Source of the DNA: Candidatus Magasanikbacteria bacterium CG_4_10_14_0_2_um_filter_37_12
GTDB taxonomy: Bacteria > Patescibacteriota > Patescibacteriia > Magasanikbacterales > UBA922
Length of the DNA: 41,258 bases
Reading direction: 5' to 3'
Assembly (NCBI GenBank): GCA_002793015.1
Contig: PFPK01000029.1
Span: forward strand, 1-41,258
Of the stretch, positions 18,053-26,614 are shown piece by piece. How positions within the stretch are numbered: position 1 is the stretch's first letter; each line of letters opens with the position of its first letter. Position numbers and translations under genes: made by a program. The notes beneath the pieces are model-generated. The model worked only from the letters and a program-made list of their open reading frames with translations. It had not been told where the DNA came from and ran no database searches.

Positions 18053-19746
18053 TTGCTAATTTGTTGTACAATCGCGGGATCGAAACTCAAGAAAAAATAG
18101 ATGAATTTCTCAATCCAGACTATTCCACAGATATTCACGATCCCATGCTCTTCAATGATATGGAGAAAGCTGTAAACCGAATTATGTCAGCCATTGAAAA
18201 GGAAGAGAGAATAATCGTCCATGGTGATTATGATGCAGATGGAGTTTCTGGAGCCGTAATTATCACTTCATTTTTTAGAGCCATGGGTCACAAAAATTAT
18301 GACGTCTTCCTCCCTCACCGCGAAACAGATGGTTATGGTCTGAACAAAAATACTGTGCGACTACTTAAGGACGAAGGAGCCAATGTAATTATTACTTGTG
18401 ATTGCGGTGTCAGCAATGTGGAGGAGACTGCCCTTGCCAATGAATTTGGAATGGATGTTATCATAACTGATCATCACTCTATTCCAGCAATACTGCCAAA
18501 AGCCTTGGCGATCATTCACCCCAAAATAGATGGAGAAAAGTACCCAGACAAAAATCTAGCTGGTGGAGCCGTGGCTTTCAAATTAGTCCAAGGGTTATTG
18601 ACCAAACACCAGGAAACTAACGAGCTACTGCCAAATGACATGAAACACGATGGATTTGAAAAATGGCTTCTAGATATGGTAGCGATTGCTAGCGTCGCTG
18701 ACATGGTTCCCCTTCTTGGAGAATCTAGGACTCTTACAAAATATGGTCTCTTGGTACTAAACAAAACAAAACGCATTGGTCTCCAAAAACTACTGCTCGA
18801 AGCTAGGCTTCTAGGAGAAAATGGCGAAACAAAAAAAGAACTTGATGCCGACACTATTGGTTTTCAAATTGCTCCCCGCATCAATGCTGCCGGTAGAATC
18901 AATCATGCCAATATCGCCTACCAACTACTGTCAACTAACGATCCAATAGAAGCAACTGATTTGGCTTTAGAATTAAATAAAAATAACAACAACCGCAAAA
19001 AAATTACAGAAAACTGTGTAAAAGAAGCTGACGCGCAGGCTGGGCAACAAGAAGGTAAACCTGTCTTATTTGTATTTCAAGAAAACTGGCCGGCAGGTGT
19101 AATCGGTCTAATCGCCGGAAAAATCAAAGAATCTTACCAAAAACCAACAATTGCCATGACCATGAATGGCACCGATCTCGTAGGGTCTGGTCGAAGTGTT
19201 GAGGGCTTCAACATGATTGAGAGTTTACAAGAACTACCAGAATACTTTACCAAATTTGGCGGACACCCTATGGCTTGTGGATTTAGTCTGGTAAATCCAG
19301 AAGTATTAGAAGATTTCCAAACAGCGTTGATCAAAAAATTTGAAGAAAAAACAAAAAACATTGACCTGTTGCCAACGATTGATGTTGATGCTGAAGTCAA
19401 TATGGATAATGTGAATTGGGAACTATTTGACTTGCTCCAAAAATTTGAGCCCTTTGGTCAAGCCAACCCCAAACCAAAATACATAGCCAAAGGACTGACA
19501 GTCGTCAAAGTTGACTCGATTGGTCAAGACGGCCGACATTTAAAAATGGTCGTCAAGCACCGCAGCAATAAAACAAAAAAATTGATCGGCTGGCAACTGT
19601 GCAGTGATAATAAAGAAAAGACCAACTGGTGCAAAGTTCTATCAGAAGGTAGCAAAATAGACATTGTCTTTGAGATCGGAGTAAATGAATGGAATGGTAA
19701 CAGAGAGTTGCAGTTGACGATTGTAGATTTGAAAAAAAGTAAATAA
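17977..19746 (+). CDS. recJ: Single-stranded-DNA-specific exonuclease RecJ
   Basis: 589 aa. DHH-family motifs (HGDYDADGVSG, ITCDCG, ITDHHS) and a DHHA1 region (GGHPMACGF). Confidence 0.95.
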   Translation: MQKKWQVLSDPPQSFYEEHPELPKIVANLLYNRGIETQEKIDEFLNPDYSTDIHDPMLFNDMEKAVNRIMSAIEKEERIIVHGDYDADGVSGAVIITSFFRAMGHKNYDVFLPHRETDGYGLNKNTVRLLKDEGANVIITCDCGVSNVEETALANEFGMDVIITDHHSIPAILPKALAIIHPKIDGEKYPDKNLAGGAVAFKLVQGLLTKHQETNELLPNDMKHDGFEKWLLDMVAIASVADMVPLLGESRTLTKYGLLVLNKTKRIGLQKLLLEARLLGENGETKKELDADTIGFQIAPRINAAGRINHANIAYQLLSTNDPIEATDLALELNKNNNNRKKITENCVKEADAQAGQQEGKPVLFVFQENWPAGVIGLIAGKIKESYQKPTIAMTMNGTDLVGSGRSVEGFNMIESLQELPEYFTKFGGHPMACGFSLVNPEVLEDFQTALIKKFEEKTKNIDLLPTIDVDAEVNMDNVNWELFDLLQKFEPFGQANPKPKYIAKGLTVVKVDSIGQDGRHLKMVVKHRSNKTKKLIGWQLCSDNKEKTNWCKVLSEGSKIDIVFEIGVNEWNGNRELQLTIVDLKKSK

Positions 19747-19749
19747 TTT

Positions 19750-20172
19750 TTGTTCATGATTCATAAAAAGTATATGAAACTAACTATCTACACTGACGGA
19801 GGATCCCGTGGCAATCCAGGGCCCTCTGCCACCGGTATTGTCATCAAAAATGAAGCAAAACAAGTTGTAGCCAATTACGGTGAATACCTTGGTCGACAAA
19901 CCAACAACTTTACTGAATACTACGCCGCTATATCAGGATTAAAAAAAGCTAAAGAGCTTGGTGCTACAGAAGTAGAGCTAATAGTGGATAGCAAATTAGT
20001 CTGTGAACAGCTGAATAGAAGATGGAAAGTGAAAGAACCGACTATCCAAAAACTTTTTGTCCAAGCTTGGAATGTCATGCAACAATTTAAAACAATCAAA
20101 ATCAGACACACTTTGCGAGCAGGAAATAAAGAAGCTGATGCCGAAGTAAATAAAGTTTTGGATAGTTTATAG
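19750..20172 (+). CDS. rnhA: Ribonuclease HI family protein
   Basis: 140-aa ORF. The motif IYTDGGSRGNPGPSA plus TNNFTEYYA and the C-terminal NKEAD match type 1 RNase H. The true start is probably the ATG at 19774 (MKLTIYTDGG) or 19756 rather than the TTG at 19750. Confidence 0.85.
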   Translation: MFMIHKKYMKLTIYTDGGSRGNPGPSATGIVIKNEAKQVVANYGEYLGRQTNNFTEYYAAISGLKKAKELGATEVELIVDSKLVCEQLNRRWKVKEPTIQKLFVQAWNVMQQFKTIKIRHTLRAGNKEADAEVNKVLDSL

Positions 20173-20180
20173 ACGTATTT

Positions 20181-20268
20181 TCATTCTGAATGCGACGAAG
20201 GATCTTTCTTATAAAGAATGTCTTCATTGCTAAAGGTTCTTCGTTGTGCTCAGAATGACATTTTTTCT
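20181..20268 (+). terminator. Long-hairpin rho-independent terminator after the RNase HI gene
   Basis: TCATTCTGAATGCGACGAAGGA (20181-) pairs with its partner ending at 20259 over 22 positions, with 1 mismatch and 4 G-U pairs. A TTTTTT run follows. Confidence 0.8.
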
Positions 20269-20338
20269 TACCAAAGTAAATATCCAGTATATATTTACGA
20301 TAATAGGCTTACAAAAAAGTTTTCCACAGACAAAAATA

Positions 20339-20380
20339 TTGGAAATATATAATATGTACGCTATAATGTACATATTATAA
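20339..20380 (+). promoter_or_regulatory. Sigma-70-like promoter embedded in a 12-8-12 palindrome (candidate operator)
   Basis: TTGGAA (20339-20344), 17-nt spacer, TATAAT (20362-20367). TATAATATGTAC (20348-20359) and GTACATATTATA (20368-20379) are exact reverse complements flanking the 8-bp spacer GCTATAAT. The ATG of the next gene is at 20397. Confidence 0.6.
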
Positions 20381-20396
20381 TCTTAAAAATTTCCAT

Positions 20397-21398
20397 ATGT
20401 CATACACATACACCATATCACAAAAAAATTCTCCATTAAACAAACTATTTTACAACGGATTGTCTATCAGTAATGCACTAAGTGGCACGCTTGTAGGAGA
20501 AGAAAACAAAGCTAAAGAATATGGCGTGTACGACTACAAGATGTATGTGAAGAACCACACAGAGTACGAAATTTATCGTAAAATTACAGACAAAATTAGC
20601 GTTCTATACCAGATTTACCAAGAAGCAAAGGATTCTGCAGACTACAAGGATACAATAAAAGAACATTTAGAAAATCTCAAAGCTATCTCTGGCATAAAGC
20701 AGTTCATCTCTCAAAATAACATCTCGACCCGCTCGAGCCACGAATTTTGCCTACGGCTCTCCCAGCTATTCGCTATCCAACCATTCATTCCCTTGCTAAA
20801 TTCTTATGAAATCAAAGATCCAAAAAAAATAGACAAATCAAAAATTACTGATTCACTTACTTCTTTTGCAATGTTGGTCAACAGACATCTTAGTTTTGGC
20901 CCCAAAGATGAAGAAAATAAAATGCCATCTTCATGGCAAGACCTCATAGAAAAAGGTATGATTGCTTTAGCCGGAAACCTCCAAACAGACGTTTTACCTG
21001 TAGTAGAAAATTATTGTAGTCTAACCTCAAAAAATTTATTTAAATACCAGCTCGCACGGAATAAATTAGAAATATGTGATACAATATATAAAGTATCAAT
21101 AGACGAAAAAATTAGTATACCAGTCTACGCAAGTACCCTCACCACATTGACAGCCGAGAAAAGTATTTTACTTATACCTAACAAAAACTACATCTCCAAA
21201 AATTTACTCCTTTTAATCAATGCTATTCTCAGTAAAAATTCAAACATACATATAGATAATAAAAAAATCAACTTTCCAAAACAAAATGTCATTGTGCTAA
21301 GAATATCTGAGAACGAATGCCAAAATATGGAATATTCCAAAAATATCTTGGGCAACTCCAAAGAATCAAATATCTTAAGATGCTCCACAGAAAATTAA
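20397..21398 (+). CDS. Orphan 333-aa soluble protein, no recognisable family
   Basis: Long uninterrupted ORF, visibly more AT-rich than its neighbours. No TM segment, signal peptide, P-loop or catalytic motif that I can identify. It is the first gene of a tightly spaced three-gene unit. Confidence 0.6.
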   Translation: MSYTYTISQKNSPLNKLFYNGLSISNALSGTLVGEENKAKEYGVYDYKMYVKNHTEYEIYRKITDKISVLYQIYQEAKDSADYKDTIKEHLENLKAISGIKQFISQNNISTRSSHEFCLRLSQLFAIQPFIPLLNSYEIKDPKKIDKSKITDSLTSFAMLVNRHLSFGPKDEENKMPSSWQDLIEKGMIALAGNLQTDVLPVVENYCSLTSKNLFKYQLARNKLEICDTIYKVSIDEKISIPVYASTLTTLTAEKSILLIPNKNYISKNLLLLINAILSKNSNIHIDNKKINFPKQNVIVLRISENECQNMEYSKNILGNSKESNILRCSTEN

Positions 21399-21408
21399 TC
21401 ACAAAAAT

Positions 21409-22089
21409 ATGCGGATAAAAAAGGGGGCTAACATAAAGTCAATCGAAGATATTGATAGACCGAGAGAAAAATTAATAAAATACGGCCCGTCCAAGCTATC
21501 TGATGCTGAGCTACTCGCAATCCTCCTTGGCTCAGGACAAAAGGGAGAAAATGTCATCTATATGGCAGAGAGACTATTGAAAAAAATCGGTAAAGAAAAA
21601 ATTACCAAATCCAACCCCAAAGAATTACAAAAAAATAAAGGTATTGGTCCAGCCAAGGCCTGCGAAATCGTGGCTTGCTTCGAACTAGGAAAAAGATTAC
21701 TAAAAGGTAAGAAAAGTGCTATCTACCTCACCCCTCATGATGTCTGGAGCCAGATGAAAGATATTAGGAATAGTAAAAAAGAGCATATGGTAATCTTCTA
21801 TCTAAACAGTAGAAACCAAGAAATTGAACGTAATGTGATTTCAATTGGTACAGTAAACCACAGCATTGTCCATCCAAGAGAAGTATTTGAGCCAGCTGTA
21901 AAGCATATCGCTGCCCACATTATCCTCTCTCACAATCACCCCGCAGGAGATCCAGAACCATCTGAGGAAGATATATTGCTCACAGCCAGGATAGTTAAGG
22001 CTGGGAAATTGATGGGTATTGAAATCACCGACCACGTCATCGTTACCAAAAATGAATATACCAGTATGAAAGAAAAAGAGCTAATGTAA
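21409..22089 (+). CDS. radC: RadC-like JAB-domain protein
   Basis: 226 aa. The N-terminal helix-hairpin-helix region (LSDAELLAILLGSG) and the JAMM-like motif SHNHPAGDPEPSEEDI are typical of RadC/DUF2466. Confidence 0.9.
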   Translation: MRIKKGANIKSIEDIDRPREKLIKYGPSKLSDAELLAILLGSGQKGENVIYMAERLLKKIGKEKITKSNPKELQKNKGIGPAKACEIVACFELGKRLLKGKKSAIYLTPHDVWSQMKDIRNSKKEHMVIFYLNSRNQEIERNVISIGTVNHSIVHPREVFEPAVKHIAAHIILSHNHPAGDPEPSEEDILLTARIVKAGKLMGIEITDHVIVTKNEYTSMKEKELM

Positions 22090-22094
22090 ATTAT

Positions 22095-22451
22095 ATGATC
22101 AAAAAAATAACCATTTCTATCACAGAAGCTCGAAAGAGGATATTTGAAATATCCGAAGAAATCACGAATAAAAAAATCGTCTATATTCTTACCGAACACG
22201 GTAGACCAAAAATAGCTTTGTCTTCCATAGAAGATTTTGAACTATGGGAAGAATTGCTCCAAGAAAACAACCCAAAAAAAGAACTAATAAAAAATAAAGA
22301 AAGAAAGACGATCTACAATACTCTCGAAAATATCCTCAACCAACACGGTCTAATGGTGGCAGACAAACCAAAAAAAGGATACCAAGCCAAAAGTAAAAAA
22401 AATAAAAAAAGTAAACTGCCGTCAGTTTACTCACGCAATGTTATTTTATAA
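22095..22451 (+). CDS. Phd/YefM-like antitoxin-fold protein with a Lys-rich tail and no adjacent toxin
   Basis: 118 aa. The N-terminus ISITEARKRIFEISEEITNKKIVYILTEHGRPKIALSSIEDFE resembles the Phd/YefM antitoxin N-domain. The C-terminal half is K-rich. It starts 5 nt after the radC stop. The next gene is convergent. Confidence 0.55.
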   Translation: MIKKITISITEARKRIFEISEEITNKKIVYILTEHGRPKIALSSIEDFELWEELLQENNPKKELIKNKERKTIYNTLENILNQHGLMVADKPKKGYQAKSKKNKKSKLPSVYSRNVIL

Positions 22452-22456
22452 AAATA

Positions 22457-22969
22457 TTACTCTACCCACCCATTCTTTGTATGAAAACGATAGGCAAAAA
22501 CTAAAAATAATGGGAAGGAAAACCAAAAAGCCAAGGCACCAAAGCTAGTGAACAAAAACAAACTAACAAGACTAAGCTTGCCCTTTATTGTAGCTGGTGC
22601 AAAATACAAAAAACTAGAAAACATAAAGCCGATAATAGAAGTGCGATAAATTAATGACTGCAAAAAATGCAACGGCCTGACACGTGAAGAGAAATTTTTT
22701 AAGTTACTAAAAGAGAATAAAACATGAAACAAAATTACCAAACCAACAAAGACCCAAGTGCGGATACTGGCATGGGCAATCATCCAATCTTGCAGAGGCT
22801 TATAAGATATGGGAAGTAAAAAAACAATCACGAAGCTAATATAGACCGAGATAATGTCAATAAATAATTTTGTCTTCCTGACAAAGACGAGATGAATGAC
22901 AAGTAAACTGGTAAATAAAGCAAGTACAAAGGCATCGACTGATGGAAAAAGTGAGACTAGATAGTCCAT
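22457..22969 (-). CDS. Polytopic membrane protein, function unknown
   Basis: 170 aa with about 5 hydrophobic helices. No family recognised. It is the last gene on the strand of the heat-shock locus. Confidence 0.6.
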   Translation of the reverse strand: MDYLVSLFPSVDAFVLALFTSLLVIHLVFVRKTKLFIDIISVYISFVIVFLLPISYKPLQDWMIAHASIRTWVFVGLVILFHVLFSFSNLKNFSSRVRPLHFLQSLIYRTSIIGFMFSSFLYFAPATIKGKLSLVSLFLFTSFGALAFWFSFPLFLVFAYRFHTKNGWVE

Positions 22970-22983
22970 AGATCAATTCTATC

Positions 22984-23017
22984 AAAAAAAATAAGAGCTG
23001 TATTAATTATAGCTCTT
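22984..23017 (-). terminator. Rho-independent terminator overlapping the dnaJ stop
   Basis: On the minus strand: AAGAGCT-ATAATTAATAC-AGCTCTT followed by ATTTTTTTT. The 5' arm lies within the last dnaJ codons. Confidence 0.65.
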
Positions 23018-24110
23018 TTTCTAAATCCTGTAAAAGTTTTTTGGCAGTCCTGCTGAGCTTGTTTGGCACATCAACAATCACATTGACATATTGCTCTCCC
23101 CTACCACTACGCTGTAGTTTTGGCACCCCAAGACCCTTCAGACGGAATTGCTGATGAGATTGTGTACCAGGTGGAATAACTAATTTCTTTTTGCCATCGA
23201 GTGTGTCAATTTCGATTTTACTTCCCAAGGACGCTTCTGTAAAATTGATATGGACTTCTGAATAAATATCAAAATTGCGACGCTCAAATCCTTTTTCACC
23301 TCTGGTATGTACACGAATATACAAATCACCAGTTTGTCCGCCGAGACCGACTGATTCTCCTTTACCAGAAAGCTTGATAACCCCACCATGATCAATACCT
23401 GCTGGAATTTTGATTTTATACTCAGACTGACTTCTGGTTACTCCATCTCCTCCACAATGTTGACACATTTTACTAGCTTTCTTTCCAGCACCACCGCAGT
23501 CTGGACAGGTTGTGGCAGTCTGCATAGCCCCAAGAATAGTCTGTTGAACAACACGCACTTGACCAGCCCCATGGCATTTATTACACTCTTGTACCTCTGC
23601 CCCAGGCTCTGCTCCAGAACCATTACAGATACTACAATCATTGTGTTTAGTCAAATTGACTTCTCGCTCCACACCGAAGATAGCTTCCCGAAATGTAAGT
23701 TCAATATCGACCTGAATATCATTACCGTGCTGTCTACGTCGGCCACCAGATCTGCGACCACCACTGAAACCGAAGAGATCACCAAAGATGTCGCCAAGGT
23801 CAACTCCGCCAAAATCAAAATTAACATTTCCGCCTCCCCCGCCTCTGGCTGCCCTCATAAAATCTTCCCAACCTGCCCCGCCACCAAATCCACCTTGCTC
23901 GGCAAAATCAGCACCATATTGATCATACTGTTGGTGCTTCTTCTCATCACCTAGGACTTGGTAAGCTTCGTTCACTTCTTTAAATTTTGCCTCATCACCA
24001 CCCTGTTTATCAGGATGATGCTTGTGGGCTAATTTACGGAAAGCTTTTTTTATTTCATCTGGTGTTGCTCCTTTTTCAACACCGAGAATTTTGTAGTAGT
24101 CTTTACTCAT
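23007..24110 (-). CDS. dnaJ: Molecular chaperone DnaJ
   Basis: 367 aa. J domain with HPD ([10 protein letters not shown]), a G/F-rich region and four CxxCxGxG zinc-finger repeats. Confidence 0.97.
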   Translation of the reverse strand: MSKDYYKILGVEKGATPDEIKKAFRKLAHKHHPDKQGGDEAKFKEVNEAYQVLGDEKKHQQYDQYGADFAEQGGFGGGAGWEDFMRAARGGGGGNVNFDFGGVDLGDIFGDLFGFSGGRRSGGRRRQHGNDIQVDIELTFREAIFGVEREVNLTKHNDCSICNGSGAEPGAEVQECNKCHGAGQVRVVQQTILGAMQTATTCPDCGGAGKKASKMCQHCGGDGVTRSQSEYKIKIPAGIDHGGVIKLSGKGESVGLGGQTGDLYIRVHTRGEKGFERRNFDIYSEVHINFTEASLGSKIEIDTLDGKKKLVIPPGTQSHQQFRLKGLGVPKLQRSGRGEQYVNVIVDVPNKLSRTAKKLLQDLEKEL

Positions 24111-24117
24111 AAATATT

Positions 24118-24147
24118 CATAAAACACATAAAACATAACATAAAACA
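24118..24147 (-). repeat. Three perfect copies of a 9-mer (TGTTTTATG on the coding strand) in the dnaJ leader
   Basis: CATAAAACA occurs at 24118-24126, 24127-24135 and 24139-24147 on the plus strand. On the dnaJ strand each copy contributes an AUG, and all three are in one frame. Confidence 0.85.
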
Positions 24148-24199
24148 AATCTTAATGTAAGATACAACAAAAAAAATACTATATGTTACATGTTCTATA

Positions 24200-24487
24200 T
24201 CATTTAACAGGAAAACCATAAACCGTCTCTGGCTCGTCAGATTCCTTTATTGAACCAAATTTTTGTTCATATTTCGACAAGTTGTCTTGCATCGCACTAA
24301 TCATACGTTTCATGTGCCCAGGACTCATAATCACACGATTATTCAGCATTCCTTGTGGCGGAAATACACTCATAAAATCAACCACAAACTCTTCCTTCGT
24401 ATGATTAATCCGTGCAACATTGGCATATCTCCCTTCAAGAATTTCATCCTTTGCCTTTACCTGAATCTGTTTATTTTGTTCTGACAT
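24200..24487 (-). CDS. DUF3467-family protein
   Basis: 95 aa. The pattern EGRYANVARINHTKEEFVVDFMSVFPP...RVIMSPGHMKRMISAMQDNLSKYEQKFGSI matches the DUF3467 family as I remember it. Confidence 0.75.
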   Translation of the reverse strand: MSEQNKQIQVKAKDEILEGRYANVARINHTKEEFVVDFMSVFPPQGMLNNRVIMSPGHMKRMISAMQDNLSKYEQKFGSIKESDEPETVYGFPVK

Positions 24488-24499
24488 AATATAAAATTA

Positions 24500-25198
24500 T
24501 TAGTTACTACTTTCCAAATTAGCCGAATTAAATACTACCCCAAAAGTTTTGGAAAAAATCACAACAGAATGATAACCAACAATATTTACACCTCCTGGCA
24601 CAAGATAATTCTGATTTCCTTTATTTCCTTTTAATTCTCTCAATTCTACATAATCACCTAAATGCCCAGTTTTTTCAACATCGTTGAGCTTCGATAAAAC
24701 AACGTGAAGATCGGGTCCATTCAAAATATTCAGATTCTCCAGCCGAACAACGACTTCACTTTCCTTCAAATGAATAACACGTACGTCTCCAGTTCCTTCA
24801 TAAGCAACAGTCTTAAGCTTCCCGCTAGCTAGAACCTTCAGTGCTTCAGATTCCAATTCTTTTTCGTCTACACTTTTGTCTTCCGTCTTAGTCATCTCTT
24901 CTATAAACTTATTCATTGTTTCTTCATCAATGATTTGTTCATTAAGATTAGAACCATTGTCCATACTTGCTTTGAGCTCAGCTATTTTTTTCTTCAAATC
25001 AGAGACATTTGTATCCTGAAGTTTCTCACCAGCTTTTTGCAAACCTTCGCCTGCTTTTTCAAGAACAAAATTAAGTGCTGATTCTACTTTTGGGTCAAGT
25101 TGATTATCAACTTTTTTTTCAACAAACAATGGGGAGAGCAACCACCAGGTCAATGCTAAAATGGCCACAATAAAAATAATCTTAATCAACTTGAACAT
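24500..25198 (-). CDS. Membrane-anchored DM13-domain protein
   Basis: 232 aa. N-terminal TM helix, coiled/charged linker and a C-terminal DM13-like domain (GTGDVRVIHL...LNILNGPDLHVVLS...LGDYVELRELKGNKGNQNYLVP...YHSVVIFSKTFGVVFNSANL). Confidence 0.7.
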   Translation of the reverse strand: MFKLIKIIFIVAILALTWWLLSPLFVEKKVDNQLDPKVESALNFVLEKAGEGLQKAGEKLQDTNVSDLKKKIAELKASMDNGSNLNEQIIDEETMNKFIEEMTKTEDKSVDEKELESEALKVLASGKLKTVAYEGTGDVRVIHLKESEVVVRLENLNILNGPDLHVVLSKLNDVEKTGHLGDYVELRELKGNKGNQNYLVPGGVNIVGYHSVVIFSKTFGVVFNSANLESSN

Positions 25199-25271
25199 AT
25201 TATTATATTCATTAATTATTTAAATCATAATTCTCCCCATCTGTCTTCTGTAAGTGAGGACAGAACAAAAA

Positions 25272-25748
25272 TTATTTTTTGGTCCAAACTACACTCCCAC
25301 CGTCCGTTGTCTGTAAATTGATACTATCGCCTGTTACTTCTGGCATTTTGTAGCGAACATTCAAAGTGGCGTTGTCAAAAGTCTGAAGAAATAACATATC
25401 ATCCAGAATATACCAGATCCCGCTAGCACCATAACCCTCTACTCCATCAATATGAAACATACCATTACCATTATCACCTGAAGACGAATCAAAACTAATC
25501 ACTTGACCCAAATCAGGGGCAGCCCACATGCCAGAATATTCTACAGGTGAAGTAGCATTGGCAAGCATATCTTCGATAACTTCTGGACCAGACACCACAA
25601 CATTGTTGTTGTCTGACGTGGTCACTTCAATGATTCCATCTGGAGATGGAGGAATGTCTTTGTTGACTCTGACACAACCACCACCAATTACCAAAATTAA
25701 CGCTAGACTTCCCAAGAAAAAATACCCAATTCTTTTTCTTTTCTTCAT
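25272..25748 (-). CDS. Small lipoprotein, function unknown
   Basis: 158 aa. MKKRKRIGYFFLGSLALILVIGGGC reads as a signal peptide plus lipobox-like Cys. The C-terminal beta-rich domain loosely resembles that of the neighbouring lipoprotein. Confidence 0.65.
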   Translation of the reverse strand: MKKRKRIGYFFLGSLALILVIGGGCVRVNKDIPPSPDGIIEVTTSDNNNVVVSGPEVIEDMLANATSPVEYSGMWAAPDLGQVISFDSSSGDNGNGMFHIDGVEGYGASGIWYILDDMLFLQTFDNATLNVRYKMPEVTGDSINLQTTDGGSVVWTKK

Positions 25749-25813
25749 ATATTTTTATATATGGCCTGTCGGCAAATTATTATAACGCCAACAAGTCTTA
25801 ATGGATAAAAAAA

Positions 25814-26614
25814 TTATTCTATGACTCTCCAGGTATAAACGTTCAAACCATTCTCTAACATAATGTAACCACCCGTCTCTCCCTGGTTTACTGTATAACT
25901 TCTATTCAATTCTTCACCACTATTTGAGGTAAATGTGAGCGTGTTCATCTTGTTGGTCTCTAAAAAGTTCCACTTTCCATTATCCAACGGCTTATCATGC
26001 AAAAAAGTGGTATAAGACCCGTCTTCGTACAAACTGATTTTTTCAAAATCCACACCTTCCACTTTCCAATCACCAATAAAATATTGAGTGTCAAGATTTG
26101 TCAATGATTTATCAAATATTATGGAGTCCAATACCCAGCCGCATTCTTCTTTAACACAACGCACTGTAAACAAATGCCCTTGCCCATTACTCATCAAGTA
26201 TGTAGAAATTATATTTCCAACAACAAATTCATCTTTTACAAACAATCGATAACCATCATCTGGAGAAAAAGTATCATAAGGATCTGTCATCCATTGATCA
26301 TCTTCCAACGAAGTTATGCCTATTGACGCAACATCAACACCATCTTCCACACGACGCAAGACTAATGCATCTTTAAAATCAGCTGATTGTTTTTCAAGTA
26401 TGTAAGCCTCGGGATATGTAAAACTAAGAATATATTCCTTGCTTGTGTAAGTTTTTGTTTTAGTAACAGCCACTGCTCCCTTTCCTTCAACTGGTTGAGC
26501 ATTTTCATTTACTCCTTCCACAATCACTTCTGGCATTGCCACTTGCTCTTTTTTTGTTTCTTGGGTAAATGGCACAATTGAACACCCAGACACAACAAGC
26601 ATAGCTATCCCCAA
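25814..26614 (-). CDS. Lipoprotein, function unknown; its N-terminus is interrupted by a T10 tract
   Basis: 266-aa ORF from a TTG start (MGIAMLVVSGC...). An ATG at 26642 followed by AAT AAA and T10 is out of frame by one nucleotide. With T9 the protein would begin MNKFFFEGVLGIAMLVVSGCS, a canonical lipoprotein signal peptide. Confidence 0.65.
   Translation of the reverse strand: MGIAMLVVSGCSIVPFTQETKKEQVAMPEVIVEGVNENAQPVEGKGAVAVTKTKTYTSKEYILSFTYPEAYILEKQSADFKDALVLRRVEDGVDVASIGITSLEDDQWMTDPYDTFSPDDGYRLFVKDEFVVGNIISTYLMSNGQGHLFTVRCVKEECGWVLDSIIFDKSLTNLDTQYFIGDWKVEGVDFEKISLYEDGSYTTFLHDKPLDNGKWNFLETNKMNTLTFTSNSGEELNRSYTVNQGETGGYIMLENGLNVYTWRVIE

Noticed and set aside
20218-20358. 46-codon ORF (MSSLLKVLRCAQNDIFSYQ...) in the spacer upstream of the orphan cassette, considered as a small toxin or leader peptide.
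   Set aside because: It starts inside the loop of the terminator hairpin and runs through its 3' arm and the promoter. It has no ribosome-binding context and an unremarkable composition, so it is most likely fortuitous.
20348-20379. The 12-8-12 palindrome, considered as a chromosomal dif site.
   Set aside because: As far as I recall the consensus, dif has imperfect 11-bp arms around a 6-bp centre and a conserved TTATG(T)TAA XerD arm. Here the arms are perfect 12-mers with an 8-bp spacer that doubles as a -10 box. Its position directly upstream of an operon favours an operator.
23388-23954. Long antisense ORFs opposite conserved genes. Examples: 188 aa opposite dnaJ, 222 aa at 36481-37149 opposite metK, 190 aa at 31581-32153 opposite yidC, 164 aa at 6324-6818 opposite the giant gene, and 107 aa at 126-449 opposite the first lipoprotein gene.
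   Set aside because: Each lies entirely inside a confidently identified gene on the other strand. Their composition is low-complexity or Cys/Phe/Ser-biased and they have no recognisable motifs. They are typical shadow ORFs.
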